Source of the DNA: Octopus vulgaris
Lineage: Eukaryota
DNA: 64,000 bases
Assembly: GCA_951406725.2 (NCBI GenBank)
Contig: OX597823.1
Location: 41,788,001-41,852,000 of the forward strand
Reading direction: 5' to 3'
Shown here one piece after another: positions 51,931-64,000 of this stretch; the stretch's first letter is position 1, and every line of letters starts with the position of its first letter. Below the pieces are notes generated by a model. That model searched no databases. It saw only the letters and a program-made list of their open reading frames with translations, and was not told the origin of the DNA. The translations under genes were made by a program, and so were the position numbers.

Positions 51931-52347
51931 GTATATATATGTATATTTATGTGTGTGTGTGTGTGTGGTTATGATGTGATGCAAAACACACGTGCAGAAC
52001 ATTCCGACTGTGGTCTGATAAAGCATTCCACTCCTATTATATTAACCCTACTGTCATATTAACCCTACTGCCAAAGTGAACACTGATCTGATTGTCATGT
52101 AAGGGAGCCACATAATATGCAGTCAGAACAAAACCAAAAGCTGATATTTTGGTGTTTTGAATGTATTTTACATATATGTATATTTCAGTTAGCTATGTAC
52201 TTTTACATTAAATCTCCTTCAGTCAAAACTATTATATATTTTGAAATATTTTGAAAAAATTTGACTGAGGAGGGGCCTTTTGTAGAACTCTTTCATATAT
52301 TAACTTGAAATGCTTTCAGAACATCAGCATTTGGTTTTGCCTTTATG

Positions 52348-52418
<71 letters not shown>

Positions 52419-52941
52419 TGTGTGCATATGTGTGTATGAGTGTATGTAGATTACTTTTACCATCAAAAATCATTCGATATTCCATTAGTCTCTCATTTAT
52501 AATACCACATTCTGAATTATTCTCCAATTCAAAGTCAATGTTGTGTCTGAATTTCCCAATATATTTTCAATGATGGATATACTGCACACTTTTTTGTACA
52601 TGTATGTATACATGTATACATACAACATGCAAACATATGTACATCCTTCAATCCATTAACCAATTCACATAACCAAAAATCTCCCAAGCGCTGTCTTGTC
52701 ATAAACCAAAGAGCCCTTTCAATTTGTTAGTGACCAGCTTGAATTCTACAAAGAAATAAATAGAACTTAAATCCCAAAGTTCTAGATGTTAATACATACA
52801 TACATACATTTGTCAGTCATTGATAAATACCATATGCTGCACTCGGTGCTTTATTCTAAAGTATATTGAGTTGTAATAACTAATTATTAGTGGCACTATG
52901 GTTAAACGAATTCATAAAATACATCTATGTGTATGTATATT

Positions 52942-52972
<31 letters not shown>

Positions 52973-53016
52973 GTATTTATATATATATATATATACATAT
53001 ATGTGTGTGTGTCTAT

Positions 53017-53056
<40 letters not shown>

Positions 53057-54695
53057 TATGTATGCAGGTTCCATTCTTGTTCTTAGTTATAATCCAAGTT
53101 AACACTATTAATTTATAGAAATAATTCTAAAATTCAAAAGTTAATTAAAAATTCATGCAGGTGTAGTAATCACTGTATTCATTGTCACTGTATTTTATAT
53201 ATATGTATACACACACACACACATACACCCATACATATATGTCCATAGATATTTGAGATCAGTTTTTGTTGGTATTTATTCTGGTTTAATTTTGTGACAA
53301 TTATAACTTTAATTAATTACAACACAGGTAATAATTTCCTCTTTACAATGTAGTTATTTCTCAGTGTATTTCACTTTATGTTACATAATATGAATCTTGT
53401 ATTGTTTTAGCAGTGAGGATCTGAACTACTCTGAGTGCAAGTCTATTATGATTAAATCTTATTACAATCCATTCAAAATTAATTTACTAAAAATTAAAAG
53501 TGTACTGTAATTTTCTTGAAACATTGCAATGTGTAAATGACTTAGGCATTTTTAAAGAAGACTTTTACAGGCAAGAATTTATGTAAAATATGTAAGGTGA
53601 TGCTCATAAATAAAAGCAAATGCAAGATATGGCATTAGTTTACAATGGCTGTTTAATGGTCCTATAGTATTTCGGGAAAGCTTCCTTTTATCAAATGTGT
53701 GATAGAAAATAATCTTGAGTGTTTTATTATTGGTAGGCCATTTTGATGTGTTTTGGTTACTGTATTCATGTAGTAAACACACTATCAGTGAACATAATAG
53801 CGGATGGTGTTGTGTGTCATAAGAAGTGGTAATAGTAATGGTAGATGTTTTAGTACCTGAAATATAACAGAAGCATGAATCAACCTTTTTAGAGTAATAG
53901 AATACCTTGCCTCTGTTTATCAAAATCACTTTGTATATTTTCCCTACCTTATAACCTGCATTGTTTAAAGCTCTTAAAAATGTATATACTCAGTATTATC
54001 CTCATACCAAATCTTTCTACTGTTAGTATCCACCAAACATATCTAATATATAACCAAGATAGAGAATTATTTCAGTATGATAAAATGGATTGTTATTCAT
54101 AGGACCTCAAAGTGACAGGGCTTGGTTGCTCCTCTTTAAACTATCAATCTATTTATGAATTTTCTTTTAATTTGTTTGATTCATAGCCCTTTACTTTTTC
54201 CTATTCTTTACATCATTTGTTACTTTTCCATTGCTTTGTCTTTTTAAGTTACTTCACAACATCTTTAGTGCTGGTGTCACAAAATAGCATCTGGTATACA
54301 CCATTAAATGGTTGCTATTAGGAAAAAGCACCCAGCCATAAAAACCATGTCAAAGCTAGCATTGTGGGCAGATCTTGTGCAACCCATGCCAGCATGGATC
54401 CTGGCAGATCCTGTCCAATGTATGCCAGCATGGAAAATGAGGATACAATAAATGAGGATGATGATCATGATGATGACAATATTTAGGTATTGCTGCCATA
54501 ATATAAATTTATAAGTTATGGCCTAGACACCAAAACAGCAGATACTAAATTTTAGACCATTCATGAACCAAACATTTGATATCTTAATCAGCCAGCTTCT
54601 CTTTATATTACTGGACCTCATACACTACCAATTTCCATTCACAGTATCTTCATATTTCACAGTCAACAATAGTAGGATTTGAATAATAATAATAA

Positions 54696-55318
54696 TCCTT
54701 TCTATTATATGCACAAGGCCTGAAATTTTGGGGGAGGGATATAGCTGATTACATTGTCTCCAGCACTCAACTTGTTCTTAATTATCGACCCCAAAAAGAT
54801 GAAAAGTAAAGTTGACCTCAGCAGAATTTGAACTCTGAACATAAAGATGGACAAAATGCTGCAAAGCATTTTGTCTGGAGTGCTAATGAGACAGCCAGCT
54901 CACTGCCTTAATAACAACAATAATATTAATGATTTCAAATTTTGTCACAAGGGCAGCAATTTTGTGGGGAGGCGATGAGTCAATTACATCAACTCCAGTG
55001 TTCAACTGGTGCTTATTTTATCCACCCCGAAAGGAGGAAAGGAAAAATCAACCCCGGTGAAATTTGAACTCAGCACCACTAAGCATTTCGTCCAGTATGC
55101 TAACAAGTCTGCCAAATCCTTTCTACTTTAAGTGCAAGGCCTGAACTTTTGGTGGGAAAGGACTAGTCAATTACATTGACCCTAGTACTCAACTGGTGTT
55201 TGTTTCATTGACACCAAAAGCGAAGTTGACCTTGGCAGCACTTGAACTCAGAATGTACAGAAGGTGCTATTAAGAATTTTGTGCGGTGTGCTAATATTTC
55301 TGCTAGCTCGCCATCTTA
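54696..55318 (-). mobile_element. Three tandem family-B SINEs in (AAT)n
   Basis: Family-B motifs in reverse orientation. Confidence 0.85.
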
Positions 55319-55358
55319 ATATCTTAATAATAATAATAATAATAATAATAACTACTAC

Positions 55359-55540
55359 CTAAGAGGTTGAAGGATATTGGAATTGAGACACTTGCATTAA
55401 TGGCCTGCAGTTAAGTACATTCTTGTTTTCTACAAGAATCATAAGAAAGATTCTTGAGATTTGAGGTGACTTGTTTTCACCAAACTTCATTTCAACATCC
55501 CTGCTAACTAATAGAGTATGAAATAGTATAATAATAACAA
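55359..55540 (+). mobile_element. Short 5'-truncated R4/Dong 3' end with 3' UTR and (AAT)n tail
   Basis: KRLKDIGIET / LQLSTFLFSTRIIRKILEI*; lies between (AAT)n tracts. Confidence 0.6.
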
Positions 55541-55554
55541 CAACGAAAAAATTA

Positions 55555-55614
55555 TTCAAGGTGGTGCCCCAGCATGGCCACAGTCTAATGACTGAAACAA
55601 GTAAAAGATAAAAT
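55555..55614 (+). mobile_element. Solo family-A tail module
   Basis: TTCAAGGTGGTGCCCCAGCATGGCCACAGTCTAATGACTGAAACAAGTAAAAGATAAAAT without upstream SINE body. Confidence 0.8.
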
Positions 55615-56042
55615 ATAACCTATTACTATTATTGCTGCTGTTGTTTGTAACATTGGTATAAAGCCATTTATTTTGGGGAGACGTGCTTGTGGCTTTGATC
55701 CCCTGTCACAATAAGAAATTCCTCACTCTCAGCAATGAATTTTGTATTCTCATTGTTTCAAGTTTTCTCTATACTTTCTTCACCTTTATTAATTTTTAAC
55801 AAGTATTAGCCATGTATCAGCTTTTCTTGCCAGTGTTTTAACATGGCATTCATCAGCAGCTTCATTTTTAATTTATATTTCAGTGGGGTTTTTTTCAGAA
55901 TTTTAGTTGTTGCCACTCTTTGTTTCATCTACCCAATTTTGAGTTCAGATGCACAACATGGCATCTTGGGCAAATATTTTCTACTATAGCCCAAGGTCAA
56001 CCAATGGATTGTGAGTGCATTTGGTAGACAGAAGCTTCATGG

Positions 56043-56100
<58 letters not shown>

Positions 56101-56225
56101 GCTTATGAATTTGTGTTGCAAGATACACATATATGTATATACACATACATATAAATAAATGTATATTTACACTTAGATATATATGTATATATACACACAT
56201 CTGTGTGTATATACATATATATATG

Positions 56226-56269
<44 letters not shown>

Positions 56270-56285
56270 TATATGAATATATATG

Positions 56286-56322
<37 letters not shown>

Positions 56323-56332
56323 GTTTATATAT

Positions 56333-56371
<39 letters not shown>

Positions 56372-57408
56372 GACAGACAGACAAGAAATTTGTATATAGT
56401 TTATAATTGCTCAACAGCTGTTTCATTGGCATAAAACATCGTTATTTATGTGAGAGTTATTTGATATAATTAGATATTTGTATATGTACATTTTGTCTAA
56501 TTCTCTTATCTTTCTTTCTTTCCCCCCCATCCCGATATTCTTAATTCATTTTCACTCTTCTCATGATTATTTTCATACATCATTCCAGCCTAGTAATTTG
56601 TATGATGTATGTGCATTCTGTAATTTTCCTGTATCTGAACGCTCCTCTATTTCCTTATCTACCATTCTTTAATATCACCACTTCATTTGACCAACCTTGG
56701 TTAGCTACTTTCTCCTCATCTTGCCTTTCACCATCCTTCACCATCTGATACTTTATACCACTTCTCATAACAAACAGTGTTTTCTCTTACTCCTACTCTC
56801 CCTCCACTTTGGTCCCCCACCATTTCACATTGGTCTCCAAATTTCTTTTTCTCCAAAAAAAAAAAAAAGAAAAGAAAACCAAGTGTCCGATGTATTGGAA
56901 TTTTCACCTCTTATGACATATTAATTCTTGGCAACTCTCTCCTACTAACTTTTTCTTTCCTGTTTTTCCTCTTCTTGTCTATGAACCAATTTCCCATGCT
57001 ATTTCATACCATCAAAGAAACAAACTGCTGAAGACTGCAAAGGTTTGGAGAAACCTAAATGTAATTCTTAAATAAATGATGTTTGACCTATTTTTCATGG
57101 CTTGTAAATTATGCCTTTGACATGATATAATGTTGTAAGCATTCTCATTAACTACCAACCATCACTGATATTATCACTGATTTAGTTCTTAATCTTAGCC
57201 GTTTTTCTTTTTCTTTTTTTTTTTTAAACATATCTTCATTATCTTTTCCCCTTCATTATAAAAAGTATCTTCTATATCTTGTTGTCTCTTTGCAATGCTA
57301 TCTTTTATTCATTATATATGAGATGTTATCAAGCGTATCTCACATTACAAATGTTACCTATGGCATTTCTGTATCTGGAATGATGTGTTAAATTATCTTT
57401 TATTATTA

Positions 57409-57488
<80 letters not shown>

Positions 57489-57489
<1 letters not shown>

Positions 57490-57830
57490 AGGCATTGAGC
57501 TAGCAGAATCATTAGCACGACAAAATGCTTAGCAACATTTCTGCTCTGACATTATGTTCTGAGTTCAAACTCTGCCATGGTGAACTTCGCTTTTCATCCT
57601 TTTAGGAGTTACCATTTGAGAACTGGGGTTGATATAATCAACTAGCTCCATCTCACCAAATTCCCAGCCTTGTGCCTATAGTACAAAGGATTATTGTTAT
57701 TAATATTATTATTATTATTATTGTTATTATTATTATTAAGACAATGAGCTGGCAGAATCATTAGCATGCTGGATAAAATAATTAGCAGCATTTCATTTGT
57801 CTTTACGTTCTAAGTTCAAATTCCCTACTT
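57489..57830 (+). mobile_element. Two tandem family-B SINEs (second truncated)
   Basis: Family-B motifs between (TTA)n/(CTA)n. Confidence 0.8.
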
Positions 57831-60461
57831 GACTTTCTCCTATATCCAAAGGGCTGCATCCTTCAAATTATCACATACTAAGTGTACTGTGCAAACTTAA
57901 CATATTTTACCATCATTTCCATTTCCTTCTTGTCATCTTTTATGTAAACTATTGTTGACTATCCTTGTGATGTCCCATCCATTGATGCCCTTATTGGTAA
58001 TAAAAGAAATTCTTCTTCTTCTCCTCCTCCCCCTCCTCCTCCTCCTCCTCCTCATCATCATCATGAAATAAAGAGATTGAGAGAGTGGGTACAATATATG
58101 ATGCCAGCACTCTTAAAGTGCTGTAAGAGCTCATGTTTGTGCACATGCTGCTAACAACATATAAAAACATTAGGGTGGTTTTACCCTACAACTTGGGAAC
58201 CTCTAAGGTAAAGACTATCAATGGTTGGGATTCCTTTGGGAATCCCAGACATTATCATTATTATTATTATTTTTGTTCTGCAGGATTTTGTTGTTGTTTT
58301 TTTTTTTAACAGGAAAATAGGGAGTGCATTCTGTCATTGGCTTTTCATTTTGAGTCACATCCTATATATTATACGGAAAATGTTTCTGCAAAGCCAAAGT
58401 ATGTCACAACAAACAACCCTCTTCCCCCCACCACCACCTACCATTTCCACCACCCTCCACCCCTCACCATTTTTTAGCAGGCAGTTTAATAAATCTCCAA
58501 TATCCTTTAATTTCGTTATTCATTCATAATTTTCAGCAATTTTGAAATAATAATTAATCTTTCATAAAACCAAATTATTTTGAATGCAAATTTTACCTTT
58601 AGAAATTATCTACATTCAGTAAAGTAACATATGGGTGATGTATAAACAAACCTTTCTACTTGTACATGAGTGTTTATTAATTGACTGATTGGTTTCCACA
58701 CTCAATCAAATGACATTGTTACTGATGTTGAGAAACTCTGGAATACCTCACTCTTTTGTCTCACATGCTCCAGTAAATCTAAGCTGCATATCTATACAGG
58801 ATGTTGTGTACATTAATTTATACATTTTTTGTTGTAGGTTTGCATAGTTGATTTCACAGTTGCGTGAGCAGTTTCAAGTATACAACAGTTTTTCAATGAT
58901 ATTTTTAACCTATCCAATCTGTATTAAAATAGAAACACTTTATATCTGTGTGTAGGTAGGGGCATACTCTGACCTTTAACAATTCTCACTACATGCATTA
59001 AAGCTGCCAAATCCAAGTAAATTTATATAGATAAGAAAGTTGAAAGAAAATATATGTTATTTTCTGTTCAGTTTCAAGTGGATTTTGCAATATTAATCAA
59101 TATTGAAAAATGTTATGATAAAAATTATAATTTTAATGTTATAATGAAAAATTTGTTTTCAATAGCTTTGCACCAATGGAATATATATATGACTGTATGT
59201 GTGTGTATGTAAACTAAAAAGAAGATCAACAACAACACTCTAGCTAACAATTAATTATATACAGTATTAATATTATAAATGGTAATTTAAGTGAAGTGAG
59301 AAATAGACAAGAAAGTAGGAAAATTATGACAGAATTTTGAGTACAGCTACACAAAATCTCAATTTGACAGAATATGGTTTCAACAGTTTCACAGAGGGAG
59401 GGTATTTGTGCAAATGGAAAATTACTATTAAAAAAAAACAAAACAAAGAAAGAAATTGCATAGAAAATAATCAATTTTTGTAAATTAATTAGAGAATGTG
59501 ATAATAATAGAAATCCATTTCCTGTAGTTAAAGATGTAATTAGCTTTAGCACAAAGACCATCAATATGAAGGTAGCTGAGAACAAAAACAGCAGACAAGC
59601 TTGAAAAAAAATGCAAGTGAATGTTATGTTATGACATCTATATAATATAACCAAAGAAAGATGGCAAAATAAAACCACCTCATTTTAGATAATCATCAAT
59701 GGAGCTGTGAGTATACTGTTAGTAAGAAGAATTACCAGGGTGCTCTGTCTACCTTTTATTTTATTTTAACACATAAAAAGACAGAGTCTGATTTTTTAAG
59801 AATGCTTAATAAAGTGTTTGTTCTTGTTAGCCTAATCTGCCATTGTCATCATAGTCTATAAAAAACACTAAGCTGAATTTACAAAAGAAAATGCTTACCA
59901 ATTCTGTTATCTTAATCTCTTCTATCACTGGGTTTGTAGGGACAATCATAGGCATACAAATCAATGGTAAACAATATAAGCAAGCTGTAGTGACAGTGAC
60001 CAACCATGGATATCTTTTTGAGCAGTTCCAGATAATGGCCGATAAAAATATTGCATAGCCATATTAGGGCTGGTTTTTTTTGTTTTTTGTTTTTTTAAGT
60101 CAAAGTAAATAGACTCAGGTTCCTGTCTCTGTCACCTGACAGGAATTATTTACCAAAACCAACTAAAATGTATGCAAGTACCAAACTGAAAATATTGAGG
60201 CTGCAATGAATGAAACCCCTAATTATCGGAATTTTTTCTATTCCTCAGTTATGACTAAAGAATCAATTCAGAATTCTTCCAGATTTCTACAGACCATACA
60301 ATATATAGGTAACTGCTTTATATAAGTGCGGCTCATATTATATGAAAAGTGCTGATGTAGCCAGTCCCCAGTTCAGCATTGAGAATCATTGTTTGATCCA
60401 ACTTATGAAAGACAACGATAAACTTGCTAACAAAAATAAAAATAAAGCCATCTATTCTTAA

Positions 60462-60620
60462 CCCTTTAACATTCAGATTATTCTGCCAAATTTTGGTAAT
60501 GAGATGGTTTACTTTTAGAATGACATTGTAGAGTAGGAGTGAGAAGCCAAATGTTATTGGTTTGAACATAAAACAGGTAAAATATTTTGGCCAGATATAG
60601 CAAGTTTAAATGCTAAATAG
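60462..60620. mobile_element. piggyBac-type MITE, internally deleted copy
   Basis: TTAA-CCCTTTAACATTCAG...AATGCTAAATAG-TCAA; homologous to 9088-9302. Confidence 0.6.
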
Positions 60621-60636
60621 TCAAGGTGATGGTCAA

Positions 60637-61030
60637 GACATGGCTGTGTAGTTAAGAAGTATTTTTTCATAACCACAAAGTTTCAGGTTCAGTCTCACTG
60701 CATGGCACTTTGGGCAAGTGTCTTCTACTATGGCCTTGGGTTAACCAAGGACTTGAGAGCGTAGTTGGTAAATGGAAGCTGTAAGGGATCCTTCATGTTG
60801 TATGTTTACATATGTAGCTTATCTTTTATTTATTACAGTCATTAGAGTGTGGCTATACTGGGGCATCACCTTGAAGGGTTTTCATTTGAGGGAACCAACA
60901 CCAGTGCTGTTTTTTTTTAAACCTGGTACTTATTATATCAGTCTCTTTTTGCTAAACTGCTAAGTCATGAGAACATAAACAAATCAACACTCATTGTTCA
61001 GCAGTGAATGGAGACAAACACAAAAACACA
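60637..61030. mobile_element. Family-A head (+, 60637-60795) facing a family-A 3' half (-, 60820-61030)
   Basis: Similarity to 7975-8138 and 20381-20590; a matching minus-strand head lies at 61660-61815. Confidence 0.7.
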
Positions 61031-61833
61031 CAAAGATAAGTAATAATTTTAAACTTGGGTATACACCTGGTAGTATACTGTTTAAAGTGTGTTCACTGCC
61101 TTAAGCTGTTTGATGTTATCCACAGCACGGATACATGTATCACCACCGGATTTACTTAAAGAATTTGTTTGTGTCTGATGAGTATCTAACATATGAGAGA
61201 AAGAAGAAATTGAATTCATGAGATTCTTTATTAATCACTATGATCATTTCAACCCATTGTGCATCAGTCTCTCACAGGTGAAATTCTGTACCAGAGATTG
61301 TGGAACATCATTCAGTGTAAATTTGTCTCATCAGGGGACATTTTCAGAAGGTGCTTTGCTCATTAAATATGGCTTTGCAAAGTTAAATTATAATACATTT
61401 CATTATTTCTCTGTAGTTGATTGTGTGCGGGGGATATCATCCTTCATACAAACAGCTACAGGTAAATAATGAAATGTATTGTAATCAAACTGAGACTGAG
61501 TCTATTGAAAATTCACTCATGACACATCTGCACTGAATGATGCACCACAACCAGTTGTTCAGAATTTTACCTGATGCATAATGGGTTGAAACAATTGTAG
61601 TGATTAAAAATATATATATGTATATCAACATATGTATGTATGTATGTTTTTATGTACGTATGATGAACTTCTTTCAGTTGCTGCCTACCAGATCCACTTA
61701 CAAGGCTTTGGTCATCCTAGGGCTGTTGTAGATGACACTTGCCCAAGGTAACATGCAGAGGGATTGAAATCAGAACCATGTGGTTGGGAAGCAGACTTCT
61801 TACCACACAGTCGCAACTACATCTATATATGTG

Positions 61834-61868
<35 letters not shown>

Positions 61869-62183
61869 TACTGTATGTCATATTAAAGTTGCACTGTAGA
61901 TGTAAATGAGCATCTTCATCATCATATAAGCAGTGTCATTTGTTTTTAATCTTCCATGAAAATATGTTTGGCCATGGAGAAATATTACAGATGAGGATTG
62001 GTGATAGTGAGAGCAAACAGGCAGAAAATCTGCCTCGACAAATTTTCATCTCGCTCATGCAAGCATGCAAAAATGCTGCATGAAAATGTTGGAGATGAGG
62101 GAGAGATGGAGGAAGAAGAAGAAAAAAAAAGGGATGTAACTCATTTTTGTACATTGCTCTATAATTTCTTTTACCAGGTGCCC

Positions 62184-62254
<71 letters not shown>

Positions 62255-62256
62255 AT

Positions 62257-63040
62257 AGGTAGCAAGCTAGCAGAATCATTATCACACTGGATAAAATAAT
62301 TAGCAGCATTTCATTTGTCTTTACGTTCTGAGTTCGAATTCCATCGAGGGTGGCTTTGCCTTTTATCCTTTCAGGGTTGATAAAAATAGGTACTAGCTGA
62401 ACACTGGGGTCAATGTAATCAACTCATCCCCTCCTCCAAAGTTACTGCCCTAGTGGCAAAATTTGAAACCAATATTATTATTATTATTGAGTGAGAGAGT
62501 GGTGCATGCCATCAAAGTGACACTGGGGTAAAATATATGAAGCCCAGTATACCCATCATGACTACCCGTCTGATAAGGGTACACTAGGCACATGCATCAC
62601 AACCAAGTGTATGCAACATGGTGATCTCATATTATGATAAACAGTGCATAGCCTTGCAGGTGGGGTCCAGTTAGAATTTTCTTCTGGTCGAGTAGCCCAT
62701 CCTGCTCAAAAGGTCTCAATAAGGATTGTTTAAGGATGTTGAATGAATCACCCATGTTTCCAGAAGTGAATTATCCAAACCTCCAAGAATTGCTTTCAAC
62801 ACATGACTATGATGCTCCCCAACTACTTCTGCTCATGATCAGAGATGCACATATCGTCAGCCACTAAAGGACATGGTCAACTGGTTATGGTCAAACAACT
62901 GACAAGCAAATCTGTGGTATTGAGCAGAATATTTGCTGTAGCCCATCTTTTATACCAAGACAAAACAATGTACATGATAACACTTCCAATCAGTTAAGAT
63001 CAGAAGCCATGAGAGTCACTGCCTGGTACTGCATCAGGGC

Positions 63041-63083
<43 letters not shown>

Positions 63084-63293
63084 GTGGTGAACTGGCAGAA
63101 TCATTAAGCATGCCGGGTGAAATGCTTTGCAGCATTTTGTCTGTCTTCAAGTTCTGAGTTCAAATACCACTGAAATCAGCTTTGTCTTTCATCCATTCAG
63201 GGTCAATAAAATAGGTACCTGCTGAACATTGGGGATGATATAATTGATTACCCCCTCCCCCAAATTTCAGGCCTTGTGCCTATATTAGAAAAG
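62257..63293 (+). mobile_element. B-C-B nest in (TTA)n: family B 62257-62470, family C 62489-63041, family B 63084-63293
   Basis: Same arrangement as 5901-6935. Confidence 0.85.
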
Positions 63294-63350
<57 letters not shown>

Positions 63351-64000
63351 TTTAATGATGATGATGATGATGGTAAGGGCTCCAGTCCAGGTTAGTATCA
63401 AGAGAGATGTGGTCATTATCGTTGATCCCAGCATATTATTGGTGCTACTTAGATCAAATGAATGAAGATTGAAAGTCAATATTGAATCAGTATTGTACTG
63501 AACTCAAAACAACAAGGTACTGTAAATCCTCTTGTCCAGCTCAGTGCACCCTGCATGAAATGAAATAATGATAATGTTAAAAAACAAAATTTCCAATTGT
63601 CATAGCATTTAATTTTAGTAATGCATTCATTGAAAGAAAAAAATATTTTTGATATACTTTATGGTTTTATTCTTAAATACATTTTTTTTTTCTAAATATC
63701 ATAGCAACAGTTATATTAAAAGCTTTACTTGCCTGAAGCATCATGGGAAGAATAATAAAAAAAATTCATTTACCTACAGTTTGCTATAACTTTTACCCTA
63801 TCATCTAGATAAGATAGTGGAAAGGTACCCTTTCTAATAATATAATTTCCTTATTTTTGCCCATTAAAATTTTTGAAAATTTTTTTTTATTATGTTATTC
63901 TGCAATTGTTATTTTGGTTACTTTTGGTTTTTACAATTTCTCTTAAGTGAAAGAATGAGAAACATCATTATAAGGTATACACTGTAAAATACAAACACAC

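Noticed and set aside
59689-59706. 18-nt plus-strand micro-exon (ttttag|ATAATCATCAATGGAGCT|gtgagt); similar cases near 7660, 31160, 37086 and 47060
   Set aside because: AG/GT pairs this close occur often by chance in 64 kb; cannot be supported without RNA data.
61417-61461. 45-nt phase 1-1 plus-strand exon candidate (xDCVRGISSFIQTAT)
   Set aside because: Splice sites are plausible and the phase fits the CCP exon, but the peptide is not CCP-like; insufficient evidence.
1-64000. The roughly 200 ORFs of 60-200 aa in the supplied track
   Set aside because: Almost all are translations of (TA)n, (TG)n, (AAT)n or SINE sequence (poly-I, YIYI, CVCV, HTHT) with no domain signal; eukaryotic exon structure applies.

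Overview
AT-rich (roughly one-third GC by eye), repeat-saturated eukaryotic DNA. The 5S rRNA-type sequence, the tRNA-derived SINE families and the very high (TA)n/(TG)n/(AAT)n load point to a coleoid cephalopod, most likely Octopus (inference from recalled repeat families, not a database hit). Nearly all ORFs in the supplied track are microsatellite or repeat artefacts. One convincing host exon is present and missing from the track: a symmetric phase-1 sushi/CCP-domain exon at 50141-50335 (+). The window is therefore mostly very long intron, with a few weak candidate minus-strand exons. The rest consists of several SINE families, decayed R4/Dong and RTE LINE fragments, Tc1/mariner-, hAT- and piggyBac-type MITEs and a probable non-autonomous Helitron. 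Most interesting observations: (i) several unrelated fold-back insertions, mostly in (TA)n tracts, three carrying recognisable hammerhead-ribozyme cores; one is nearly textbook (30068-30120, -) and one is fused behind a tRNA-like Pol III head (1390-1833), suggesting Penelope-mobilised ribozyme SINEs/retrozymes; (ii) a three-part chimera of LTR-like segment + 5S rRNA + a ~60-nt structured retroposon tail (8162-8565, -); (iii) the same ~60-nt two-hairpin tail occurring alone, including a variant with compensatory base changes; (iv) SINE chains orientation-locked to (TTA)n. Repeat boundaries are read by eye (about +/-10-20 nt) unless stated. Family labels A-F are my own.
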